A stretch of 64,000 bases of DNA from Octopus sinensis (lineage: Eukaryota): positions 21,452,001-21,516,000 of the forward strand of contig NC_043012.1 of assembly GCF_006345805.1 (NCBI RefSeq), given 5' to 3'. Shown piece by piece: positions 27,617 to 38,814 of the stretch (position 1 is the stretch's first letter; each line of letters starts with the position of its first letter). The notes beneath the pieces are model-generated. The model had not been told where the DNA came from. It saw only the letters and a program-made list of their open reading frames with translations, and searched no databases. A program made the translations under genes and the position numbers.

Positions 27617-27940
27617 TATTAGGGAATAAATCCAAACTTACAGGGAAAAATCAGATTTAGGATTGAATCCAATTTTATAGTAAAATATTATATTATATTA
27701 AATTAGAGATAAAACCACTATTAGGCAAATCATACAATGAAAAACTTAAGCCAATACATAAGATTATTAATTTATATTATTTTAAATATATATCAAAATT
27801 ATTAAAAAAAGATAATTATCTTTTTTTAATAATTTTGATATATATTTAAAATAATATAAATTAATAATCTTATGTATTGGCTTAAGTTTTTCATTGTATG
27901 ATTTGCCTAATAGTGGTTTTATCTCAATTTAGTATAATAT
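27617..27940. mobile_element. (TA)n-embedded AT-rich element with 220-bp perfect palindrome
   Basis: Arms 27706-27815 and 27816-27925 are exact reverse complements as read. Confidence 0.8.
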
Positions 27941-27965
27941 ATATATATATATATATATAATATAT

Positions 27966-28007
<42 letters not shown>

Positions 28008-28049
28008 CCTTCAAAACCAAACTTATAATCTATGACTTTTGCATTTTAA

Positions 28050-28625
28050 CGGTCCTCCTGTACTCTTCTGAGACCTGGACGACATATCGGCGCCACATCA
28101 AGGCTTTAGGAAGATTCCATCAGACTTGCCTAAGGACGATACTAGACACCAAATGGAAGTCTTTAACACCGGACACCGTTGTTCTTCAGCAAACTAAACA
28201 CATCCAGTAATGTAATGATCCTCATACGCAATTAGATGCGTTGGGTTGAGCACCTTACTACGATGCAGGATTACAGGTTACCAAAGCAGTTGTTTTACGG
28301 AGAGTTGCAGCGTGGCAAACGTCCGAGACATAAACCTAAGAAACGTTTTAGGGATGCTGTCAAAAGAAACCTGAAGGCCCTTAAAGTGAAAGTAGAAGAC
28401 TGGGAGAAGATGACGCTAGATCGATCGGTTTGGAAACAAATGATCTCCAATAGATGTAAAGCATTTGAAGCTCGAAGAATTGAACAATCTATCTTGAAAC
28501 GAGCACTTCGTAGTCAGGACTTAACTACAATCCCAGACACTTTTCTGCTTTAAAATATTTGTTAGATCTGCAGTAGTGTTTGTTTGTCAAGAGTAGAACT
28601 TGCTAGTCATATAAGATCTCATGAC
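28050..28625 (+). pseudogene. RTE-1 type LINE 3' fragment with degenerate C-terminal zinc finger
   Basis: RWVEHL..MQDYRLPKQLFYGELQRGKR...KRFRD..K.NLK...DRSVWK, then CSSVCLSRVELASHIRSH after a frameshift, then a (CAT)n tail. Confidence 0.85.
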
Positions 28626-28699
28626 AGTATCTACTAATTGAAGAGATAGCCTTCTTCTGTAAAGAAGTGGCATTCATCATCATATATATATATATATAT

Positions 28700-28921
28700 A
28701 TATATGATGTGATCAACATGTGATCTCTTGAGCACCACCATCAAAAATATTTTTTTCCTCTGTCTTCCCTTCTCGGGATCTTTCCTTCTCCTTTGTTTCC
28801 GACGAAGAGCTCCGCTCGAAATGTTAGACCCTCCTTCCCTTCTTTCCTGAGCGTCAAATAATACTTTAATTGTTCCACGTCCTCGCGTTGCTGTGTTTTT
28901 TTCTGGTTTTCTTGTTTGGAT

Positions 28922-28927
<6 letters not shown>
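28700..28927 (+). mobile_element. (TA)n-flanked short PLE-like element carrying a hammerhead-like motif
   Basis: GTTT-CCGACGA-A-GAGC TCC GCTC-GAAA-TG-TT-AGAC at 28795-28829; (TA)n on both sides. Confidence 0.6.
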
Positions 28928-28969
<42 letters not shown>

Positions 28970-29537
28970 GGTACATATATATGTTTGTGGTGGTAGTTAA
29001 GAAGCTCGCTTTAAAGATCACGTGGTTTGGGGTTCAGTTCCTTTGCGCGATACCTTGCGCAAGTGTCTTCTGCTAAAACGCTGAGTTGACCAATGTTTTG
29101 TGTGTGGATTTGGTGGGTGGAAACTGTGGGGAAACCCATCGTATATGTCTGTCGTTGTTTTTGAGCTCTCTCTCTCTCTCTCTCTTTCCTACCGCTGGAC
29201 AACCAGTGTTGGTTTATTTGCACCCCCGTAACTTAGCTGTTGAGCAAAACAGATCAATAACTTAAAAAGGTAAGCACTGGAATCTATTTATTCGACTGAA
29301 ACCCTTCAAGGCAGTGACCCAGTATGGTCGCAGTCCAATGACTGCAACAAGCAAAAGGTGAAAGATTACTTATCTCAGAAATTGCTGTCATCGTCGTCAT
29401 CGTCGTCATCATCGTCGTGGTCGTCGTCGTTGCTGTCCTGATCGGGCAAACCCAGGGTCAAAGACATCTCGTCTTTTTGTTCTTTGTTTCATTTGTCTTT
29501 TTAGTCCGACTGCGTGTATCTTGGAGTATGTTATACC

Positions 29538-29947
29538 TATTTCTTTACTACCCACGAGGGGCTAAACACAGAGGGGACAAACGAGGACAGACAAACGGAT
29601 TAAGTCGATTACATCGACCCCAGTGCGTAACTGGTACTTAATTTATCGACCCCGAAAGGATGAAAGGCAAAGTCGACCTCGGCGGAATTTGAACTCGGAA
29701 CGTAGCGGCAGACGAAATACCTATTTCTTTATTACCCACAAGGGGCTAAACATAGAGGGGACAAACAAGGACAGACAAACGGATTAAGTCGATTATATCG
29801 ACCCCAGTGCGTAACTGGTACTTATTTAATCGACCCCGAAAGGATGAAAGGCAAAGTCGACCTCGGCGGAATTTGAACTCGGAACGTAGCGGCAGACGAA
29901 ATACCCGCTAAGCATTTCGCCCGGCGTGTTAACGATTCTGCCAGCTC
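29538..29947 (-). mobile_element. SINE family C head-to-tail dimer within one 19-bp TSD
   Basis: TSD tcttggagtatgttatacc at 29519-29537 and 29948-29966. The second unit starts internally at ggtatttcgtc. Confidence 0.9.
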
Positions 29948-30836
29948 TCTTGGAGTATGTTATACCATGTGCTACTCACCTTCTTAAGACAACAGCCTAT
30001 GATATGTGAGAGATTCTGCTGCTATTTCTACCAACAAGAAAACCGACCTCGTAGAGACCCGCTCGTTGGCGTTTGTTCAGAACATCTAAACCTGGTCGGT
30101 AGCGCATTTGGTGCATTTCAAAGGAAATCTTTTTTTGTTCTAAATCGATATCAAAATTATTTGATCGTTAGACCAGTTTCTTCTCTCTTTTCCTTTTTTC
30201 CTTTCCTTGTTATTTTCTCTCCTTTATGTAAATTAATACATTAACGCTACAAGAAAGCAATTTTCGAAAAAGGGGTTTGCTCCATTGTATTTTTCACATT
30301 TTTTCTTCTTTTTTTGTTTATTTGGTCAGCCTGTTTTTTTTTTATCCTTTATATTTGTTTAATAAGTGCTGGGAAACATCGTGGAGCCTAAAAAGACAAA
30401 AAACTGCAACCTTATAGATTTTCATATCTTTTGTTTTACGCAATTAACAAATACTAAGACAAATGCATGTTCGTTCTTCGTGTTCTCAGCGATAATTCCT
30501 GGTTTTGCTATTTTCGCGTCTTCTTCTTTTATTTCTTTTGTTTAAAAACAACAGATAAAAAAAACAATTCAGTTACAATACTTTCATCTTTTATATATTT
30601 CTGTTATTAACGAAAAGAGATGATTTTTTTTTATATGAAAATAACAAAAGAAAATCGACAGAAAAAAGCCAAACAAGAACTCTCTTTGTTAATATATAAT
30701 TACGAACAGCATTCCAGATTAACTCCAGCTGCTTGTGCGCGCGCGTGTATGTATGTGTGTGTGTGTGCTTGTATTTATATATATGTATATGTGTATGTAT
30801 GTTTATACATATATTATATATATATATATATATATA

Positions 30837-31101
30837 TTAGCCTGCTCGCTTAGCCAGCGGGGTGGCGTCATTCGAAGGCTAAAACAATGCTAACGCATTG
30901 TGACCAGCGATGTGTAACTACATCTGATGGACTGGTCGGTCACGTGATCACGTGATATTATATATATATATAATATATATATATATATATTAGCCTGCTC
31001 GCTTAGCCAGCGGGGTGGCGTCATTCGAAGGCTAAAACAATGCTAACGCATTGTGACCAGCGATGTGTAACTACATCTGATGGACTGGTCGGTCACGTGA
31101 T

Positions 31102-31110
<9 letters not shown>
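30837..31110 (+). repeat. Two identical ~120-bp elements separated by (TA)n; third copy at 46315-46430
   Basis: ttagcctgctcgcttagccagcgggg...gaccagcgatgtgtaactacatctgatggactggtc...cacgtgatcacgtgat. Confidence 0.85.
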
Positions 31111-31151
<41 letters not shown>

Positions 31152-31188
31152 GTGTGTGTGTGTGTGTTGTATAAATATATGTGTATAT

Positions 31189-31331
31189 ATATGCTTTATT
31201 TAAAGCAGCAGAAAATTCAACAAAACCTGTTACTCTGAGTTTCCCGTTGCCGTTCATGTCCGATGAACGGCAACGGGAAACTCAGAGTAACAGGTTTTGT
31301 TGAATTTTCTGCTGCTTTAAATAAAGCATAT
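31189..31331. mobile_element. Fold-back of a PLE-like terminal repeat (69-bp perfect arms, 5-nt loop) containing a hammerhead-like motif
   Basis: Arms 31189-31257 and 31263-31331; same family as 41661-41740. Confidence 0.8.
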
Positions 31332-32290
31332 TACTCTTCCCAGCCATGCGTTTGAATGGCTTCTTTGGTCATATTGGTGATATGAGGGCGGGCGCTGTCG
31401 TGCAGCAGAAGAACTCCATACTGACGATTAGGTCTTTTCTCTTGAATAGCCGTGTTGAGTCGTTCCATCTGTTGAACATAGGGTTCCGCGTTGACCGTTT
31501 GGTTCCGATCAGGCAATTCGTAATGGATAATCCCTTCTCAGTCCCACCATACGCACAACATCATTTTACGCGGATGAAGATCTTGTTTCACGCGCAGTGT
31601 CGCTTGTTTACTGGGGCTAAGCCATTCCTTACGCTGCTTCATATTGATGTACAGGCACCATTTTTCGTCGGTCGCCAGGAATGATTCGGTAAAGAAATCG
31701 TTGCTTGTGTCCATGAGTTGAGAGGTGACGAGCAAGCAAACCAGCGGAGATTGTGGCTCGTTGATTTTTTTTTTTGTCACTTAAAGCATGCGGAACCCAC
31801 GCTCCATACTTCTGAATCTTTCCCATCGAGTGAAGATGCTTCTCTAAAGCAGTGTGGAAGCATTCCGTTTTCTCTACTAGTTCCTTTGATGTTTGACGAG
31901 AATTTTCGTGCAAAAGTTTTAATCGCCCTTCATCGAACTCAATTGGACTGCCAGAACGAGGTGCATCTTTGAGGTCAAAATTTCCATTTTTTAAGTTGGC
32001 ATACCAATCACGGGCGGTTCTTTCAGTGATGGCACCCTCTCCGTACACAGCACAAATGTCGCGAGCAGCTTTTGCGACCTTAGAACCTTGATTAAAAGCA
32101 AAAAGGAGGTGTCGAAAATGCTCGTTTTTCTTAACTTGACATTCCATTTTAATGATCTGAAAATAAACAAAAATTAACTAAAATTACCTAGAAAAAAAAA
32201 TAGATTCCAAAATGATTCAAAAATAGAATTCTCGAAAATAATAGATTCCAAAATTTAAAAAAAACGGCGGTAACTTAGTTGCCAACTCAG
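31332..32290 (-). pseudogene. Mariner (DD34D, mellifera-like) element, frameshifted and 3'-truncated
   Basis: TIR-like ctgagttggcaactaagtt with TA at 32291-32292. Motifs MECQVKKNEHFRH, WVPHAL, TDEKWCLY, KMMLCVWWD, LLHDSARPH and GWEE; YSPDL and the right TIR are missing. Confidence 0.9.
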
Positions 32291-33047
32291 TAGATGCTTT
32301 TATTAAATTCGTTCAGTTGTTAAACATAAATAAATATTGGAAATAAATGGTTTTGATTCAATATTGGCCAAACCCTGTGTGTGTATATATATATCATCGT
32401 CATCATCATCATCATCAAGTCTCGCGAATTGACCAATGCAACTCTTCAACTCCAGAGGCCCCAATTTTCGTTAATAGTTTTCATTTCCTTAACCTGATAA
32501 TATATGCTATTTTCGGTCTGCCGATACCTGTATGTGTCCGTTCGTGGGTTTCCAGGGAAGGAGATCGCTAGGTTTCATTCTTGCGTCTCTTTCATGGTTA
32601 CCTCTGTGTTGCATGCTGACGATAAGAGGCAAGTAGGCACCTTTTCGTCAGAGAACCATATTCTACAATCAGCTCTATGTCACTCAATTGACGCGGCACC
32701 TTTGCATCAAAGCACTAAATTGCACGATCAGTTTTGTGTTGTAAATCCAAACTAAACAACAAAACACATTCAATAGACTTTGATGACTGAAACACATTTC
32801 AGTTACAGCTACTTCTGGACATCTTTTGCATATCAATTTAATATTTTTGGCAAATATATAAAGCATAACATAAAAAGATATTTTCTGAAGTCACAATATT
32901 AAAATTTTCAATAAACACGGTTCGTATGTACGTGTATGGGAGGGGAGGGGGGTATGAGCCGTTTTGTCACTGTCATTTTAGCGATGCCTCTTCGACGTCC
33001 CTGATTAGACGCTGTCTTATTTGACATCACGCGTTTTAATGTTTCTC

Positions 33048-33093
<46 letters not shown>

Positions 33094-33735
33094 TCTCTCT
33101 CTCTCCCTCCCTTTTATGTGTGAGAGCATCTAGTTATGTTAGTAAGCATGTATAATGTATCTCTTTCCCTATCACTTACTCTCTTTGTCTCTGTCTGTCT
33201 CTCTGTCTATCTCTCTATCTGTATAAGTATATTTCTACGCTTGCGCGCGTGTTCGTTTACTCCCAGTGCCAAAAAGTACATTCCCCAAAACAGGTTGACT
33301 ATCCAGTTAGTCGAGGGGGTGTCCGAAGCTTTTAAGCACATGTTTGGGTGCATTTGTCTCTGTGTGTTCGTTTTGTACCGTTACACGTATTTTCAGAAAA
33401 CTCATGCCGCCTTGCAGCATTTCAAAGACTGTGATGCCAAATAACATAACTCTTGATAGAATCCTTGCTCGATTCGCCTACCATGGCTTCGTTTCATCAT
33501 TTTTCACAACACCCACAAACCGGTTGTGAGTTTTTTCACCTCCCAAACCGGAAAGCAGTCACCTAATATTTTTTCAAACAGGCTCTCTCTGAAGAGCATA
33601 CGGTTTTACTTAACATCTGGTTTTAGTACTCAGTGCGAAACCAATTAGTAAGATTGGTTGTAATGGATCTATAATACTTTATACTTTGATCAATATCTAT
33701 TCCTATAAGACATATATGAAAATATATATGTATAT

Positions 33736-33802
<67 letters not shown>

Positions 33803-34008
33803 CCGCACTTGCATACATACACACACACGCACGCACACACACATACACACACACATACATCGTTACCGATATGTGCACGTGTCAGTGCACACGCGCGTAT
33901 ATTCTATATACATATGTCAATATATTATATATATAATTTAATATATATGCAACATATATATAACATATATGTTATATATATTATATATATATATTCAATA
34001 TATATATG

Positions 34009-34060
<52 letters not shown>

Positions 34061-34741
34061 CACATATATTAGAGGAAGGGGAGAGAAGAGAGAGAGAGAG
34101 CTACGTTTATAAAGTATGCGTTTATCTCAAAACCATTCAGTTAAAAATCCTGCCAATGGGTGTATTTATTTATATTCGACACATTTTAATGAGTAGAAGT
34201 TTTCTTTTGTTGAATCTACTTCAGTAAAGAAAGAAAGAAAGCTTTATAATTGATATTATTATTAATGTTATTTCCTATACTAAATGTTGTGTTAGCGACA
34301 TCAGATACAGTTATTATTATTTTTTTTTTTTTGGCAATAATTATTTAGCAATTTTTTTTTTTTACTCAAGAAGAAAAGGAAGAAAAAAAGACATTAAAAT
34401 TTATAAAGAATCAAATTATCGAGAGAGAGGGGGTAAAAAAAACGCAGAACGACCTCACCAAGGAAATAAAAAGTAAAAAGAATAAGAGGGAGAGGGTTAA
34501 GTAGCAGAAGATGGCGGATGGTGGGGGAGGGGGAGTTACAGGTTATAAAGACCCCTGTCCAAATATGAAATGTTCAGCCGCGCCTCGTGGACATGATTTC
34601 AAAGAGAATGACCCACGGCACTCGCTGCAACAACCCTACCTCGCGTGGCTCATTTCTCAGACGTACCGCAGTTACCCCGATTTGGTGAAAAAGGTATGTA
34701 AAAAAAGAAACAACACGCAATAAAAAAAATCTCCGTATATA

Positions 34742-35137
34742 TATTTCTTTACTGCCCACAAGGGGCTAAACATAGAGAGGACAAACAAGGACAAAGGGAT
34801 TAAGTCGATTACATCGACCCCAGTGCGAAGCTGGTACTTTCTTTATCGACCCAGAAAGGATGAAAGGCAAAGTCGACCTCGACGGAATTTGAACTCAGAA
34901 CGTAACGACAGACGAAATAACTATTTCCAAGGGGCTAAACATAGAGGGGACAAACAAGGACAGACGTAGGTATTAAGTCGATTACATCGACCCCAGTGCG
35001 TAACTGGTACTTAATTTATCGACCCAGAAAGAATGAAAGGCAAAGTCGACCTCGGCGGAATTTGAACTCACAACGTAACGACAGACGAAATACCGCTAAG
35101 CATTTCGCCCGGCGCGCTAACGCTTCTGCCAGCTCGC
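34742..35137 (-). mobile_element. SINE family C dimer
   Basis: Two tandem bodies; junction gacgaaataactatttc at about 34912-34928. Confidence 0.88.
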
Positions 35138-35203
35138 CGCCTTATAAAGGTGTTTCATAGGCGCAGGAGTGGTTCTGTGGTAAGAAGCTTGCTTCCCACC
35201 CAC

Positions 35204-35340
35204 GTTCAGAATATGGCAAATGCCTGATGGAGGGTATTCTCTTGGTTGCACGACGCTGAACGGCTTCCAGACGATTAATATTCTGGGCAAGATAGGGGTT
35301 CCAGACGAGTGATGCAAATTCCATCAGGCATTTGCCATAG
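35204..35340 (-). pseudogene. CR1/L2-group LINE RT fragment fused to a SINE-A head
   Basis: EFASLVWNPYLAQNINRLEAVQRRATKRIPSIRHLPYSER is a typical CR1-group motif. Confidence 0.8.
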
Positions 35341-35356
35341 CTATATAAAGCCGCAG

Positions 35357-35740
35357 GTGGAGGCGCAATGGCCCAGTGGTTAGGGCAGCGGACTCGCGGT
35401 CATAGGATCGCGGTTTCGATTCCCAGACCGGGCGTTGTGAGTGTTTATTGAGCGAAAACACCTAAAGCTCCACGAGGCTCCGGCAGGGGATGGTGGTGAT
35501 CCCTGCTGTACTCTTTCACCACAACTTTCTCTCACTCTTACTTCCTGTTTCTGTTGTACCTGTACTTCAAAGAGCCGGCCTTGTCACTCTCTGTGTCACG
35601 CTGAATATCCCCGAGAACTACGTTAAGGGTACACGTGTCTGTGGAGTGCTCAGCCACTTACACGTTAATTTCACGAGCAGGCTGTTCCGTTGATTCGGAT
35701 CAACCGGAACCCTCGTCGTCGTAACCGACGGAGTGCTTCC
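35357..35740 (+). mobile_element. SINE family B with 12-bp TSD
   Basis: TSD ataaagccgcag at 35345-35356 and 35741-35752. Confidence 0.93.
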
Positions 35741-35974
35741 ATAAAGCCGCAGATAGATTAGCCGGAGAGCAGCTCACAAAGGACTTGGTGAGTGATGCCA
35801 AGACATCTTCAGCCTTCTTGGCAATTTTAGCGATGTGTTTTGTCCAACGCAATGTCCCCAACGACAGGAATTACGATTCTCAGAGCTAAATTATTGTTTA
35901 GCTTCATTTCTGTTCTGGCTGAGGAACAGACGCGTTATGAAGCGTATTCGTCGTGCGCTCATCATGTCTTTACT

Positions 35975-36196
35975 TACTCTTTTACTCTTTTACTTGTTTC
36001 AGTCATTTGACTGCGGCCATGCTGGAGCACCGCCTTTTAATCGAGCAACTCGACCCCGGGACTTTATTCTTTTGTAAGCCCAGTACTTATTCTATCGGTC
36101 TCTTTTGCCGAACCGCTAAGTAACGGGGACATAAACACACCAGCATCGGTTGTCAAGCAATGCTAGGGGACAAACAGAGACACACAAATACACACG

Positions 36197-36251
<55 letters not shown>

Positions 36252-36443
36252 ATATATATATATATATACATACATATATACGACGGGCTTCATTCAGTTT
36301 CCGTCTACCAAATCCACTCACAAGGCTTTGGTCGGCCCGAGGCTATAGTAGAAGATACTTGCCCAAGGTGCCACGCGGTGGGACTGAACCCAGAACCATG
36401 TGGCTGGTAAGCAAGCTACTTACCACACAGCCACTCCTGCGCC
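35975..36443 (-). mobile_element. SINE family A, full length
   Basis: Identity to the other copies. Confidence 0.92.
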
Positions 36444-37030
36444 TATTGTTATTTTTTTCTTTTTCCTTTTCAGGTTATGGGCCTCCAGAACTGTATTAAG
36501 GAATATTTCCTTCCTCTGTTTCAGATAGTCGTGTGTGGTTGGCGGAAGATTTGGCTGTTGTGCCTGGAAGGTTGATGAATCGCGAAACTCACTGGTTGAA
36601 TCATAAACAAAAAAGTATGCGTTGCTTCTCGAGCTTTAGACACAAAACATAAAAATCTGTGAATTATTTCAGTTATAAACGATGTTGTTGTTGTTATTGT
36701 TGTTGCTTCTGTTGTTGTTGTTGTTGTTGACGATGATAATGATGATGTCGACGACGACGACGATAATGATGATAGTGATGATGATGATGATGATGACGAT
36801 GATGATGCTTAACCTCAGTTCGGCCCTAATCGAACAAACTTATGACTTGATCAAAGCGTTCCATATGTGACCATTACATCTTTTTTCCTTTTTTGTTTTT
36901 TTTGGTTTTTCTTGTTGTTGTTGTTTCTCGGTATCTACACTCGCCAGTGAAAATCTTTATTTAAGATGAGATTACGTGATTTATGGGAGATGAGGCTGCT
37001 AGTTCTAACCGTTCAAGCGACCGTGTAGAG

Positions 37031-37105
37031 CAGTGGTTTTCAACTGGGGTCCACATGGCCCCTGAGAGTCCATATAAGATTTTTAGGTGTCCATATAACA
37101 AAATA
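37031..37105 (+). mobile_element. hAT-type MITE end
   Basis: Begins CAGTGGTTTTCAAC, resembling Charlie/hAT TIRs; partial. Confidence 0.45.
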
Positions 37106-37106
37106 G

Positions 37107-37560
37107 GGATCTTTTCGGTTTGAACGGCAGTTTTTTCTAGCGGTGTCATATGAAATTGTCACCCATAATTATGACCCTAGTATTGATCTATTGCATTTCA
37201 ATCTGTTTTAGGGTTAGGGTTAAAGTTAGGATTAGTTAGGGTTAGGGTTAGGTTAGCGGGATCTTTTCAGTTTGAAGGCCAGATTTTCCTAGTTAACTAA
37301 ACAATTTGAAACTTCGTATACTGGTAGAATGTGTCAAAAGAAAACATAATTGTAAACCAAAATGAAAACGGAATTGTAATTTCTAAGTTTAACGTTGTTT
37401 AATAATTCGAATTTTAACCAATGGTATTCTTTCTTTCGACCTCATATTATTTACTGCCTCTCAAAATATTGTTACTGTGACGTAAACAGCTATTTTGTGA
37501 CGTAGTTAACGTAAACATGTAAACAGACCTAGAGATTCGTTTGTAACGTAAACATCCGCT
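37107..37560 (+). mobile_element. DNA-transposon-like family with GGATCTTTTCGGTTTGAACGGCAG end and internal TTAGGG repeats
   Basis: The end motif occurs at 37107, 37259 and about 44466, and inverted at 45604 and 45911. (TTAGGG)n-like tract at 37208-37255. Confidence 0.65.
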
Positions 37561-38428
37561 CATCGTAAATAGCTAAATTCGCTTGGCACCGTACACAGCT
37601 TTTTCAGTTCCCTAGAATTATATTTGAAAGAAAATAAAAATAAAAAGATTCATACGCATAAATATCCATCCTTAGACATCAGAAAATGAGTGTTTAAATT
37701 ATTTTCCATTGTTTGCATTGCTTACACACACACACATACTAAAATTACATCGTTGGAGCAGTAATTTATTTATGTATTTTTTGTTATACAATTTATTTTA
37801 AAGCTGAATCCCTATCCTGCCATTAACCCCTTTCTTATAAAATAGTTGAAGAATCTGGGGTGTAGGTATTGGGCCAGTATTGGAACTTTTAACTTCTTGC
37901 TCTCTATCTTATGATCTCCGAAATTTAAGAATCTTGTGTTAACTGGGCTCTTATTATTTACTCTGACTCTGCCACCACCTCAATGCAAAGACTATCAATA
38001 TCAGAATCATCTTCACAACCACCACTACAACCATTACTACAACCTCCAATGCCACCACCACAACCATCTTCTGCAACCACAACCCCAAGATCAATACCAG
38101 CATCATATTCAAAATCACCAATTTCACCACCACTACACTCTGCAATGTCTTCAACACTACCATCCATGAGATATCCTAATATAATCAATGCTACTACTAC
38201 TATCATCATCATTATCATTATCATCCACTGCCGCCGCCACCACCACCACCTCTACAAAAACACCAACACTATAATTGCTGCCATCATACACATCCACTGT
38301 CACCACTACACCACCACCACCACTGCCATGATAACCACATCTACCACCTCCAACACCATTGCCACCACTATCTATGAGACATCCTAAGTTAGATACTACT
38401 TTCACTTTCTAGTTGCTCTTTGAGTTTA

Positions 38429-38814
38429 TCTTTATATGTAAAAGAGAGGTTGTGTGTCTGTCTCCTACGATTTAGATTCCTAACTACTCCCACATTTTGC
38501 GGTGCAGTTTAACCAAAACCGGGTATCTTATAGTCGTGATTCATATCGAGCCCTTCTGGGTATTAGCGCGCGTCTACGATGAGTCTACGATTTAAAAAAA
38601 AAATTACCATCATTTTTTTCCATTTTAATGCATTTTTTTGCTATTATATAAGGGAAGTAACTCTCTAAAAATGTCTACGATGAGTCAACGATTTAAAAAA
38701 AATTTACCATCATTTTTTTCCATTTTTAATGCATTTTTTTGGCTATAACTCTCTAAAAATGCTTATATAGTTATTTCCCTTACAAACCCGAGCAACGCCG
38801 GGCGATACTGCTAG
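38429..38814 (+). mobile_element. Non-autonomous Helitron
   Basis: A|TC start, 3' GC-rich hairpin cccgagcaacgccggg (38787-38802), CTAG|T end, no TSD, and an internal ~65-bp direct repeat. Confidence 0.8.

Noticed and set aside
29538-29947. CRISPR-like repeat arrays
   Set aside because: The direct repeats are SINE multimers and duplications in eukaryotic DNA, with no constant repeat/unique spacer pattern and no cas genes.
37208-37255. Telomere or interstitial telomere
   Set aside because: Only a few degenerate TTAGGG units, embedded in a transposon-like family that recurs at about 44545.
37936-38405. Pro/Ser/Thr/His-rich ORFs (and their mirror at 44754-45120)
   Set aside because: CAC/CAT trinucleotide-rich DNA open in several frames on both strands, with no evidence for a preferred frame.
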